Positions 19,097 through 28,788 of a stretch of DNA of 64,000 nt are shown here, piece by piece. Origin of the DNA: Candidatus Poribacteria bacterium (GTDB taxonomy: Bacteria > Poribacteria > WGA-4E > PCPOR2b); assembly GCA_965116925.1 (NCBI GenBank), contig OZ220744.1:2848001-2912000 (forward strand), given 5' to 3'. The notes beneath the pieces are model-generated. The model was not told the origin of the DNA and did no database searches. It worked only from the letters and a program-made list of their open reading frames with translations. The translations under genes were made by a program, and so were the position numbers. Positions within the stretch are counted from its first letter, which is position 1. Every line of letters starts with the position of its first letter.

Positions 19097-20212
19097 CTAA
19101 CCCGTCAGCACCTCTTTCAAACGATTAGCGACAATTAGCTCCTCACCTTCACGGAGGGTATAAGCATTAATAACAACAGTATCGTCGCTAGCGTTTGCCC
19201 TAATACGAGGAGTGCCGGCTTCTAGCGCATCATTCACCTGCGCCGCACTCTGACCGACAGTCGCCTCGTCAACGGTAATGTGAAGACTAGACAGTGTGTG
19301 ACTCCTTTCAGCGTAGACGATTCCCGTTGATACGCCGGCGATGCCTTCAAGCACCTGCGAAATCGCGTTGTATCGAGCATCTTGGTCCTTTGAGCGCTGC
19401 TCATGATCGGTTGAGAACCAATTCTCAATCGCCGTCAAAAGCCCAACAATCTCCTGCCGATCTACCTTCATCCCTCGACCAAGCGGACGCGGCGCGATAA
19501 AACCGTGGGCTGTCACCTCTTCGATTAAATCCTGCCTACCACACACGAACCCGGTGGAGTGCGGTGCGTTGAAGTATTTACCACCAAAGCAGACCAGATC
19601 CGCGCAATTGGCATTCCGTTTGAAATAATCGAGCGGATAGATTTGTGCCGCGCTATCAGCGATGGCAAGGACATTGTTTCGGTGCGCTATCTCGACCGCT
19701 TCCTCAAGCGAGACACCGCCCTCCTTTTCAGCCTGAACGAGGTAGATAATTGCAGCTGTGTTAGGACCGATAGCGTTCTCAAACTCCTCCGCTGTACACC
19801 CTTCCTCATCTCCCACAAGGACTAGTTTGCTTCCGGGCACACTGTAAGCCCTATCGTAGCCGTATCGCTGGTACTTCTGGAATACCAGTTCGTCCTTCAA
19901 CCCCGTGGTATCCGGGAGCTGATCCCTTTTTTCTGGATGCTGATAAGTCATGGCAGCCGCGGAACTCAGCACCATCGCAGCATAGCAGCCCGCTGTGACA
20001 TAAGCCGCTTCGACATCTAGAAATGAAGCGATAAAATCCCCGGACTTCCTGAGAAACGTCTCCATATCCACGAAATTCACGTCCGCGCCATCTATTGCTG
20101 CCTTTACCGCTGCGGAGGGCGTAGAGCCACCGCGTACGGTTTGGTTACCCACAGCATTGATCAACGGACGTACACCGAACCTTGTATAAATATTATCTGT
20201 CGCTGTAGCCAT
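19097..20212 (-). CDS. SelA/DgaE-like PLP-dependent enzyme
   Basis: GVRPLINAVG..T..GGS, DSAAQ, ADLVCFGGKY (PLP Lys), GRGMKVDRQEIVG; ATG after GGAGG. Confidence 0.85.
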   Translation of the reverse strand: MATATDNIYTRFGVRPLINAVGNQTVRGGSTPSAAVKAAIDGADVNFVDMETFLRKSGDFIASFLDVEAAYVTAGCYAAMVLSSAAAMTYQHPEKRDQLPDTTGLKDELVFQKYQRYGYDRAYSVPGSKLVLVGDEEGCTAEEFENAIGPNTAAIIYLVQAEKEGGVSLEEAVEIAHRNNVLAIADSAAQIYPLDYFKRNANCADLVCFGGKYFNAPHSTGFVCGRQDLIEEVTAHGFIAPRPLGRGMKVDRQEIVGLLTAIENWFSTDHEQRSKDQDARYNAISQVLEGIAGVSTGIVYAERSHTLSSLHITVDEATVGQSAAQVNDALEAGTPRIRANASDDTVVINAYTLREGEELIVANRLKEVLTG

Positions 20213-20434
20213 TATAACCTCCGTATCATTGTGCATCGTAGATTCTTTGCTACGGCTGAACCCTCACGCTCCGATTTGAATAGGCACAGCCGGAAGCTTA
20301 CCGAACAATTGAAAACCTGAATACACTCATTTTAGCACGGATGCAAATTCGTGTCAATTCTAAATGATTTGTCGATGTATATCTTGTGAATTACTTGAGC
20401 GTGACAAATTTCTATGATTTAATCAGAAACAGAA

Positions 20435-20463
20435 TTGACAAGTAAATTTCGCTCTGCTATAAT
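20435..20463 (+). promoter_or_regulatory. Consensus sigma70 promoter
   Basis: TTGACA-17 nt-TATAAT. Confidence 0.8.
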
Positions 20464-20528
20464 GCAATGGGGCTGATTCAACTAGGACTATCTGTAGTCT
20501 AGATTTACCAATCTTTTTGGAGGACATA

Positions 20529-21662
20529 ATGAGCAGTGTGCGCTATGGGGTCATTGGAATCAAAGGCGTCGGCAGCAAGCATGTAAGCATGGCGCAGGAG
20601 CATGAAAATGTAGAGCTGACGGCGTTGGTGGATCTCGACGAAGCAGCCGTCAAGACGCAATCCCAAGAGCTGGGCGTACGTGCGTTCACCGATTATCAAG
20701 AGATGCTAAATGCCGGGATTGTTGATGCGGTATCGATTGCCACACCGCACCACCTACACTCAATCATCGGCTTAGAGTGCCTGAACGCGGGCGTGAATGT
20801 TTTCACTGAGAAACCGCTCGCCAACACCGTATCGGACGCAGACGCTATGATCGAGACGGCGAAAGCGCACGACCTGAAAATCTGTGTCGGACACCAATAC
20901 CGAACCTATCGAACCCCTCAGACGATGAAGCATCTGATTGATACCGGCGCAATTGGAAATATTATGCGCGTGCTCTGGACATGGATTGAGTTTCGACCAG
21001 AAAGCTACTATGACCGTGACATCTGGCGCCAGACATGGCGACATGCCGGTGGCGGTGTGTTGATGAATCAGACAAGCCATGACCTAGACCTAATCTGCTG
21101 GCTGGTTGGCAAACCGGTCCAAGTCTCCGCAATAATTGGCAACCAATTCCATAAAATGGAAGTGGAAGATGTAGTTTGTGCAAACTTGCTGTTTGAAAAC
21201 AGTGCCTTCGGTTCGATCCAACTCACAATTAATCAACCAAGGGGCTACAGTATTCGTCAAATCGCTGGCGACAAAGGGACGATAGCGATTCCGGATGTAC
21301 AGAGCCTGACCAATAACCGGGAAGACCACATCCTACTCGGCACCTATGAGAATGCGCTGACGGACCTCGTGGGACAGACACCCCGCATCGCTGGACAACC
21401 AGAGATTTCATGGCAGCCCGTTGAGTTGCGAGATGAACCCGGCGGACATGATGTGCTGATGGATAGCTTTATCGATGCGATCCTCAACGGTGGTGAGCCG
21501 TTGGTCAACGGTGTGAGCGCACTGACCGCTGTCGAGTTAATCAACGCCATCGTGCTTTCGGCAATGCGGGGGAAGACCGTTGATGTGCCGGTAGATCGAG
21601 AGGAGTATGACGACTTGTTTGAAGGGTTAAGCAATGGCAGCTTGCAGACCCCTAGATTTTAG
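20529..21662 (+). CDS. Gfo/Idh/MocA family oxidoreductase
   Basis: YGVIG..G, DAVSIATPH..H, EKPLA, GGGVLMNQTSHDLD. Confidence 0.92.
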   Translation: MSSVRYGVIGIKGVGSKHVSMAQEHENVELTALVDLDEAAVKTQSQELGVRAFTDYQEMLNAGIVDAVSIATPHHLHSIIGLECLNAGVNVFTEKPLANTVSDADAMIETAKAHDLKICVGHQYRTYRTPQTMKHLIDTGAIGNIMRVLWTWIEFRPESYYDRDIWRQTWRHAGGGVLMNQTSHDLDLICWLVGKPVQVSAIIGNQFHKMEVEDVVCANLLFENSAFGSIQLTINQPRGYSIRQIAGDKGTIAIPDVQSLTNNREDHILLGTYENALTDLVGQTPRIAGQPEISWQPVELRDEPGGHDVLMDSFIDAILNGGEPLVNGVSALTAVELINAIVLSAMRGKTVDVPVDREEYDDLFEGLSNGSLQTPRF

Positions 21663-21743
21663 ACAGCCGGTAGGGAACGCAGATCTGCGTTCCCTCATGA
21701 TAGAAACTACTAAAGATTTTACTGTGTTGGAAGGAGGTTGTGT

Positions 21744-22985
21744 ATGGCTTTGCCATCAAATCGCGTTGACCTGATTCACAACTTCGTGAAGGAAGGAATT
21801 GATTTTCAGCATGGACGCATTGAGACGGAATCGGATCCGCTTTGGAAAGCGTTATGTCTGGCTGGCTCTGAACTGTGGTTGGACACCGGCGATATTGAAG
21901 CTGCGACTGCGTTATGGGCTGACGAGTTTACTGCCCTAACAACTAATAACACCTTGCTCAACGCCGAAGTACAGAAAGGAATTTACGACGACTTAATCCA
22001 GAAGGCAGCTGGTGCGCTCACCGGGCTGGATATTCAAACGCAGATTATTGAGATTGCTTTTATCTTAAACGCGCGTCATGGACTTCGCTTGGCGCAACGT
22101 TTCGGTGGCAAGGTGAGTGTAGAACTTCACACCATTCTGGCACACGATATTGAGCGCAGCGTCTCCTACGGTCAACGCTATTACGAAATCTGTCCTGAAC
22201 ACTTTATTATTAAAGTGCCTTTGACACCCTCCGGCTTGATTGCTATGCGCCGCTTGCGGGAAGATGGGATACCGGTCAATTTCACGCTGGGATTCAGTGC
22301 GCGCCATAACTTCGTCGCAACCGCTTTTGGTGCCCCTTCCTACGTTAATGTGTTCCTCGGGCGGCTCAATTCCTACATCGCGGATCAGCAGTTGGGGGAC
22401 GGTAAATTAGTCGGCGAAAAGGCAGTCCTTGCCAGCCAGCGCGTGGTGAAAAACCTTTCCCAAGATAATCAGGAACCGACACGCCAGATCGCCGCAAGTT
22501 TGAGGGCGGCGACTCAACTGCCGTATCTGGTCGGGATTGATGTCTTTACTATGCCCGTAAACGTTGCTGCCGATGCCAAGAAAGAACTTTCGGGAGAATG
22601 GGAATCGAGCATCGAAAACGAATATACGGTTCATCTCAACGACGGTGTCAGTGATTCGGATCTTCGGATAGACACACTCTGGGAGATTTCGGAGTCCGAT
22701 AGACAACTGACCGATAGCTTAATAGCAGACGTCCCCCAGACAGCGGACGAAATTGTGAATCGGGCGCATGATCTGGGGGCCGGGGATCTATTCCCCAAAC
22801 TTTCCGACGAAGAACTCGCCCAAATCGCAGATGATGGCAAAATACCCAAACATGAAATCTGGGGAGGGCGGATAAAATCCGGTGAACTCGCCATTGACAC
22901 ACTTTTGAACCTTGCCGGACTCGCATCGTTTGAGAGCGATCAGGGGGAACTAGATGACCGTATTGAGAAGCTAATTGCCCGATAA
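21744..22985 (+). CDS. Transaldolase-family protein
   Basis: LWLDTGD, LTTNNTL, VSVEL, IIKVPLT (Schiff-base Lys), VNFTL.FS, FLGR, AASLR; AAGGAGG SD. Confidence 0.85.
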   Translation: MALPSNRVDLIHNFVKEGIDFQHGRIETESDPLWKALCLAGSELWLDTGDIEAATALWADEFTALTTNNTLLNAEVQKGIYDDLIQKAAGALTGLDIQTQIIEIAFILNARHGLRLAQRFGGKVSVELHTILAHDIERSVSYGQRYYEICPEHFIIKVPLTPSGLIAMRRLREDGIPVNFTLGFSARHNFVATAFGAPSYVNVFLGRLNSYIADQQLGDGKLVGEKAVLASQRVVKNLSQDNQEPTRQIAASLRAATQLPYLVGIDVFTMPVNVAADAKKELSGEWESSIENEYTVHLNDGVSDSDLRIDTLWEISESDRQLTDSLIADVPQTADEIVNRAHDLGAGDLFPKLSDEELAQIADDGKIPKHEIWGGRIKSGELAIDTLLNLAGLASFESDQGELDDRIEKLIAR

Positions 22986-23080
22986 ACAGTTTGAAGTCCC
23001 TTCCATCCGCCATACGCGCCAGGCATATTTTCAGGGAACAACCGCTGTTGTCCCTTATCTACTTATGAATCGGAGACAGT

Positions 23081-23185
23081 GTGAAAATTACAAAGGTTGA
23101 AATGATTTACCCGCAGCAGGGTCCCCTTATCATTGTAACCTCTTCCCATTGCCTACCCAAGAAGGGAGTGATGCCATATCCGTAA
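23081..23185 (+). pseudogene. 34-codon ORF starting MKITKVEMIYP, possible remnant of an enolase-superfamily gene 5' end
   Basis: GGAG SD + GTG; N-terminus resembles the MKITELE/MKIEKIT starts of the dehydratases in this window. Confidence 0.3.
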
Positions 23186-24977
23186 CTTATTCTTAAATCT
23201 CAAACCGTATATTATTCGCTACCGCGTCGCTGTTATCGCGAGTTTTTTCTTTGTGCTAGCAACGAACGCTGTGATTGTGGTACAACCAAAACTGTTGAAG
23301 TGGGCATTTGATGGTCTGGAAACAAGCATCGTGGTGCTGCCAGAACCGTTGAAGTGGGCATTTAGTGGTGTGGAAGGAGAGATTACCTATTGGAAGGTCT
23401 CTTTTTTGGCAGCACTCATTTTTGGCATTGCCTTGGTTGGAGGCGCGCTTCGATTTGGCCAACGTCAGGTCATCCAAAGTGCAGCGAGGCGGATGGAATA
23501 TCAGCTGCGGAACGATTTCTTCACGCACCTTCAAAAGCTGCCTGCGTCTTACTATAACGATGTCCGCACGGGCGATCTAATGGCGCGAGCGACCAGCGAC
23601 ATGAACTCTATCCGGATGGTTCTCAGCATGGGGATCTCATACATCGCGGACGCGCTCATCTTCTTTGCCCTGGCACTCGTGATTATGCTGGATATTGACG
23701 TACAGTTGACGCTTGTGGCACTTCTGCCGTACCCGATCCTCGCTGTCTTGATAAAGGAATTGGGAAAGCGGGTCTACAGATATCACACGCGAATCCAAGA
23801 AGGCTTTGCTACAATGAACACCAAAGTACAGGAGAATCTGTCCGGTGTGCGTGTTGTCAAAGCGTATACGCTCGAAAAGAGTGAGATTGAGGAATTTGAA
23901 GTATATAACCGAGACTTCGTACAACGTAATCGCGATCGAATTCGAGTGACAACCTTCTTCTTTCCGTTGTTCCGATTCTTACCCGGACTCGGTATCGCTG
24001 CGCTCCTCTGGCTCGGTGGTATCCGTGTAGTCGAAGGAACCATCACGTTTGGTGATTTTGTATCTTTCAGCGCCTATCTGATGATGTTCATTCGTCCGAT
24101 GATTACGTTTGGCTTTATCGTCAATACCTTCCAACAAGGTGCAGCGTCAATGGAACGAATCCGTAGGATTCTTGATGTGAAGCCTGAAATCGCCGATGGA
24201 GAAACGACACGCCAAGACATCAACACGATTCACGGCGAAATCGAATTTAGAAACCTCAGATTCGCTTATCCTCGCGGGGAACCAATTCTGAAAAATATCA
24301 ATCTCAAGATTCCGCGCGGATCAACAGTTGCAATTGTCGGAACCACCGGCAGCGGTAAAACTACCTTGATTAACCTCATCTCCCGCATCCGTCAAGCAGC
24401 GCGGGGTATGGTCTTCATTGACGGCGTTGATATTCAAGATATCCCGCTGCAACTCCTCAGATCAAACATTGGTGTCGTTGAACAGGAGCCTTTCCTCTTC
24501 TCTGACCTCTTGCGGAACAACATCACCTACGGCGTTGGTGATACCAACGAAGTCGAGATCAAGGAGATCGCACACACCGCTGATCTCCTCGAACAGATCG
24601 AGGAGTTTCCCGAGGGATTAGATACGTTTTTGGGTGAGCGCGGGCAAACCATTTCAGGCGGACAGAAACAACGGACTGCGCTCGCACGCGCAATCATGAT
24701 CAAGCCGAAGATTCTGATCTTGGACGATGCTTTCGCAAGCGTAGATACGAATACTGAGGACACCATCCTCACACGCCTGAACGAGATTATGGAAGGTTGC
24801 ACGACAGTCCTCATATCGCACCGCATTTCGACTGTCAAAGCGGCAGATCTAATCATCGTCTTGGAAGACGGGGAGATTGTCGAACGCGGTACGCATGAGG
24901 AATTACTAGCGCATAACGGTATTTATGCCGGTATCCATGAGAAACAGTTGTTGCAAGAAGAGCTAGAAGCACTTTAG
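23178..24977 (+). CDS. ABC exporter half-transporter (TMD+NBD), first subunit of a probable heterodimer
   Basis: GTTGSGKT Walker A, ISGGQKQR, LILDDAFASVD (degenerate Walker B); frame open from 23178, including elbow helix LNLKPYIIRYR; start uncertain (ATC 23178 vs GTG 23253). Confidence 0.9.
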   Translation: MRNLFLNLKPYIIRYRVAVIASFFFVLATNAVIVVQPKLLKWAFDGLETSIVVLPEPLKWAFSGVEGEITYWKVSFLAALIFGIALVGGALRFGQRQVIQSAARRMEYQLRNDFFTHLQKLPASYYNDVRTGDLMARATSDMNSIRMVLSMGISYIADALIFFALALVIMLDIDVQLTLVALLPYPILAVLIKELGKRVYRYHTRIQEGFATMNTKVQENLSGVRVVKAYTLEKSEIEEFEVYNRDFVQRNRDRIRVTTFFFPLFRFLPGLGIAALLWLGGIRVVEGTITFGDFVSFSAYLMMFIRPMITFGFIVNTFQQGAASMERIRRILDVKPEIADGETTRQDINTIHGEIEFRNLRFAYPRGEPILKNINLKIPRGSTVAIVGTTGSGKTTLINLISRIRQAARGMVFIDGVDIQDIPLQLLRSNIGVVEQEPFLFSDLLRNNITYGVGDTNEVEIKEIAHTADLLEQIEEFPEGLDTFLGERGQTISGGQKQRTALARAIMIKPKILILDDAFASVDTNTEDTILTRLNEIMEGCTTVLISHRISTVKAADLIIVLEDGEIVERGTHEELLAHNGIYAGIHEKQLLQEELEAL

Positions 24978-25030
24978 ATCCCCTCCTAACCCTTACTTGC
25001 TGCATATCAGACTGATTTTCTTGGACAGAG

Positions 25031-26206
25031 TTAGAGGGTCTGAAAACGTTCCCAAGCCTCGCCGGATGCTGCAGCTTGGCGTTCCAACTCACCACGCCAA
25101 CCGATGACCTCCCCAGCCTTGATGCGATTGATCTCAAACCCTGTGTACCGGTCTTCAAGCGTATCGCCCAACTTCTGGGTTTCCGCCCAACGATCCCATG
25201 CGATCTTCATCCACTCATGAGGTAACGCTTCGCGCACAGCGGGATCCAGTTGCCATGCGTGTCGCACGTCCGCCACCGGTGCCTCCCCGGTGAACTCGCC
25301 CGACCACTTCGACCAACCGATTGACAATGTGTTTCGTTCGCGCTCGGGGACAGTGTGTCCGGTGTGGATGGTTACGCCATTGCGTATGAGTGCTTCTCCC
25401 GCTTTGAGTCGGATTGCGACCTGACCCGGCAATGCGTCCACGCCGTTCCAACTCGGTGTATGCGGGACTCCTTGATCCTTCATCCCTCTCGGCAGCAGTA
25501 CGTCATGCTCCAACGGTGTGCGCCAGCGATTATGACTGCCCGGCACGAGCTCGTGGCATTCGTCGTCCGTCAATGCCAAGAACATGCTCACACCATTTCG
25601 TTCCGTGATAGACTTCGCGTTATTTTCAACGATTTCTTTCCAACGGATTCTTTCCGTCTCCTCAGAATACGCATCAGGTCCTTCGCCTCGGTTCTCTTCC
25701 TGTGCGAAGTACCTCTTCCCGGTGCCCCACCATGTTGTGTCTCGGTGCCAGCCGAGCTTATTCTCGTGCGTCCGGGGATTCGCCCACAGCAGCAGGCCGC
25801 CGAGCACCATATCCTCCGGTTGGAGCCCATCACACCAAGAAGACACAAAATCTAGGAAATCTGAAGAGCCGTGGAACTCAGCAAAACTAGGCTCGTTAAA
25901 AGCTGGATGGATAAGCCCCCGAATCGCCCACGGCTGATCCTGTCCTGTGCGGTGCACATAGCCCTTCGAGCAATCTATCTTATTATAGACATGCTCAGGC
26001 GCACACGATTCGGTGACACGGCGACCCGCTTCACGCAGTTTCGGGATCCAGGGGTTGCCGACAAAATCGTTAATGATGACAAAACCGTGCTCCCTGAGGT
26101 GTTCCAACCGTTCTGGCGTGGCTCCGGGAGCCGAAAGTTCAGGTTTCATATCAGCAAAGGCAGCAGCGCGGTAAGGTTCCGCCGCCGGTGATTGATCGCT
26201 ATTCAT
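25031..26206 (-). CDS. PhyH-like Fe(II)/2OG dioxygenase
   Basis: L.EHGFVII, WHRD, ELVPGSH, LKAGEA, IHTG. Confidence 0.75.
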   Translation of the reverse strand: MNSDQSPAAEPYRAAAFADMKPELSAPGATPERLEHLREHGFVIINDFVGNPWIPKLREAGRRVTESCAPEHVYNKIDCSKGYVHRTGQDQPWAIRGLIHPAFNEPSFAEFHGSSDFLDFVSSWCDGLQPEDMVLGGLLLWANPRTHENKLGWHRDTTWWGTGKRYFAQEENRGEGPDAYSEETERIRWKEIVENNAKSITERNGVSMFLALTDDECHELVPGSHNRWRTPLEHDVLLPRGMKDQGVPHTPSWNGVDALPGQVAIRLKAGEALIRNGVTIHTGHTVPERERNTLSIGWSKWSGEFTGEAPVADVRHAWQLDPAVREALPHEWMKIAWDRWAETQKLGDTLEDRYTGFEINRIKAGEVIGWRGELERQAAASGEAWERFQTL

Positions 26207-26349
26207 TTTTGATTCCTTTCGACCCATCCTAAACCTTTAGGGGTCAATCTTAAAATGGTATCTGATCAATTGAAGCTTGATCAAATCCTTTGAAGATACG
26301 AGCGGAACTGTGTCCCACCCGCGGTTCAGCCTATCTCCTGTAGCACGCA

Positions 26350-26432
26350 GATTATGGCATGAACCCACAAATTTGTCAAGAAGATTTGCTACTATCAGAT
26401 TTCTTGACAACTTTCATCCAATCATCTATAAT
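26350..26432. promoter_or_regulatory. Back-to-back divergent sigma70 promoters
   Basis: Plus strand TTGACA(26404)-17-TATAAT(26427); minus strand TTGACA(~26379)-17-CATAAT; the -35 boxes lie in the inverted repeat TTGTCAAGAA...TTCTTGACAA. Confidence 0.75.
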
Positions 26433-26713
26433 GCTTCATTATACAGATGGGAAGCAGCTAAACTGTTGTAGCACCTCACCCAACATCGTGAGTGGGACAC
26501 CAATCCATCGTGGGGATCTGTTCCCACTTTAAGTGTTTCCCCAAATGAGAAATTGGCAATCTTATGGGGAAAAGTCAAACGCGCACGGTAAAACGGTCAG
26601 GAAAACAAGTGAAATACCCAGCAGGAAAGAAGTGGATCTTATCACACACCGATTGAAAACGACTCAAGACCTAACGAAAGGCAGGTAGGTTATGGCACAA
26701 GGAGGATTCATTT

Positions 26714-28525
26714 ATGTTTGGCAGCGGTGGTAGTAGCAGTCAACTCCACGAGTATAGCGAAGAAGAAGATGATCTCGGTAAAGTATATGACCGGGAGTTG
26801 ATGACACGACTCATCGCCTACATGAAACCGTATCGGCGTGAAGTCGTGCTTATCGTGTTTTTGATGGTCGGTTACTCGGTATCTGAAGCACTGCTGCCCT
26901 ATTTGACGCAACTTGGAATTGATAACCATATTGAGCCGAGAAATCTAGAGGGACTGGAAACGATTGTACTCTATTATGTTCTCGTTCTAGTAGCAAGGTT
27001 CATATTTACCTATTTTGAAGAATACGGAATGCAGATGGTCGGACAGAAAGTGATGTATGACATGCGCATGTCGCTCTTTTCACATCTGCAGCGGTTGGAT
27101 GTCCGGTACTTTGATCGCAATCCGGTGGGCCGGCTAATGACCCGCGTCATGGGCGATGTTGAGATACTAAAGGAGCTATTCACCTCTGGAGTCATTACGG
27201 TCTTTGGAAACCTACTCAGCATTTCCGCTTACATGATAGCGATGCTGCTCTTTAACTGGAAGCTAGCGTTGATAACTTTTGCTATATTACCAATCATCTT
27301 TGCGATAACAACCGTTTATCAGGTCTATTCACGTCGCGCCTTCCGCGATCAGCGTAGGTATCTCGCCCGGATCAACGCTTTTCTGAACGAAAACATCGTC
27401 GGCATGACAACGATGCAGCTATTCGCACGGGAGCCGCGCAGCTTACTACAGTTCGACGAGAGGAATCAGCAATACCTCGGTGCAAACCTGCGTAGTATCT
27501 TCTACTTCTCGCTCTTCTCACCAATGATTGAAGTATGCGGTTCACTTGCACTAGCAGTTATTATCTGGCATGGCGGCGGACAGATTCTACAAGATACACT
27601 GACTTTCGGTGTATTATTCGCTTTCATCCAATACAGTCAGCGACTGTTCTGGCCCATTCGTGAACTGAGTGAGAAATACACAATCTTCCAAAACGCAATG
27701 GCATCTTCTGAACGGATCTTTGACCTGATGGATACGCAGCCGACAATTGTGAATCCAATGCCACCCAAAGAGGTCGGTGCATTGAACGGTGAAATCGAGT
27801 TTCGCAATGTCTGGTTCGCTTATAACGCAGAGGATTATGTCCTGCGCGATGTCTCCTTCACTGTAAAGGCGGGCGAAAAGGTCGCACTTGTGGGTCATAC
27901 AGGATCGGGCAAAACATCGATTATCAACCTACTGTGTCGATTTTATGACGTGAATAAAGGACAGGTTCTGATTGATGGCACGGATCTCCGGGAGATGGAG
28001 CTGCCAGATCTCCGTCGTGCTATTAACATTGTGCAGCAGAATATCTTCCTGTTCTCAGGAACAATCGAGAAGAATATTAATCTGGACAACCCGGAGATCT
28101 CAAAGGAGAGTACGATCGCTGCCGCAAAAGAGGTTCATTTGGATAGCTACGTTCAGAGAATGCCGGATGGCTATGAAACTGAAGTCAGAGAGGGAGGGGC
28201 AGGATTATCGGTTGGACAGAAGCAGCTTGTCGCCTTCGCGCGTGCGCTGGCTTCCGATCCCAACATCCTTATTCTTGACGAGGCGACTTCCAGCGTGGAC
28301 ACCGAAACCGAACTCATCATTCAGGACGCCCTGAATCGCCTGATGGCAAATCGGACATCAATCGTGATTGCACACCGGCTTTCAACGATTCAGAACGCCG
28401 ATAAGATCATTGTCATGCACCACGGTGAAATTCAGGAGATGGGAACGCACAACGAGTTGCTCCAGAAACGAGGCATCTACTACCGACTGTACCAACTTCA
28501 GTACAAAGGACAAGAGGTAGGATAG
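26714..28525 (+). CDS. ABC exporter half-transporter (TMD+NBD), second subunit
   Basis: FDRNPVGRLMTR, GHTGSGKT, LSVGQKQL, LILDEATSSVD, IAHRLSTI; GGAGG SD. Confidence 0.93.
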   Translation: MFGSGGSSSQLHEYSEEEDDLGKVYDRELMTRLIAYMKPYRREVVLIVFLMVGYSVSEALLPYLTQLGIDNHIEPRNLEGLETIVLYYVLVLVARFIFTYFEEYGMQMVGQKVMYDMRMSLFSHLQRLDVRYFDRNPVGRLMTRVMGDVEILKELFTSGVITVFGNLLSISAYMIAMLLFNWKLALITFAILPIIFAITTVYQVYSRRAFRDQRRYLARINAFLNENIVGMTTMQLFAREPRSLLQFDERNQQYLGANLRSIFYFSLFSPMIEVCGSLALAVIIWHGGGQILQDTLTFGVLFAFIQYSQRLFWPIRELSEKYTIFQNAMASSERIFDLMDTQPTIVNPMPPKEVGALNGEIEFRNVWFAYNAEDYVLRDVSFTVKAGEKVALVGHTGSGKTSIINLLCRFYDVNKGQVLIDGTDLREMELPDLRRAINIVQQNIFLFSGTIEKNINLDNPEISKESTIAAAKEVHLDSYVQRMPDGYETEVREGGAGLSVGQKQLVAFARALASDPNILILDEATSSVDTETELIIQDALNRLMANRTSIVIAHRLSTIQNADKIIVMHHGEIQEMGTHNELLQKRGIYYRLYQLQYKGQEVG

Positions 28526-28538
28526 TCGCAGAAAATGA

Positions 28539-28611
28539 TGGGGCGTACTGGATTTGAACCAGTGACTTCTACCGTGTGAAGGTAGCGCTCGTACCCCTGA
28601 GCTAACGCCCC
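28539..28611 (-). tRNA. tRNA-Val(CAC), CCA not encoded
   Basis: GGGGCGT acceptor stem, TAGCTCAG, CTACC-TTCACAC-GGTAG anticodon arm, GGTTCAAATCC. Confidence 0.95.
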
Positions 28612-28655
28612 ATAAGTTGGATTGGATGGAGAGAAAAAACGAGATGGGAAGAAAG

Positions 28656-28731
28656 TGGTGGGCCCACTAGGATTCGAACCTAGGACCGGCCGGTTATGAG
28701 CCGGCTGCTCTAACCCCTGAGCTACAGGCCC
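28656..28731 (-). tRNA. tRNA with CAT anticodon, most likely Ile2 (lysidine)
   Basis: GGGCCTG acceptor stem, CCGGC-TCATA-ACCGG anticodon arm, GGTTCGAATCC, encoded CCA; lacks initiator features; directly downstream of rpoD. Confidence 0.9.
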
Positions 28732-28788
28732 CCCTTGAATCAAGCAAATATTATAAAAGTTTGCAGTGGATTTGTCAACCGAAATCGC

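Noticed and set aside
19097..20212. Selenocysteine synthase selA
   Set aside because: Short, lacks the SelA N-terminal domain, and no selB/selC/selD nearby; better described as SelA/DgaE-like
28498..28743. 81-aa ORF
   Set aside because: Coincides with two tRNA genes
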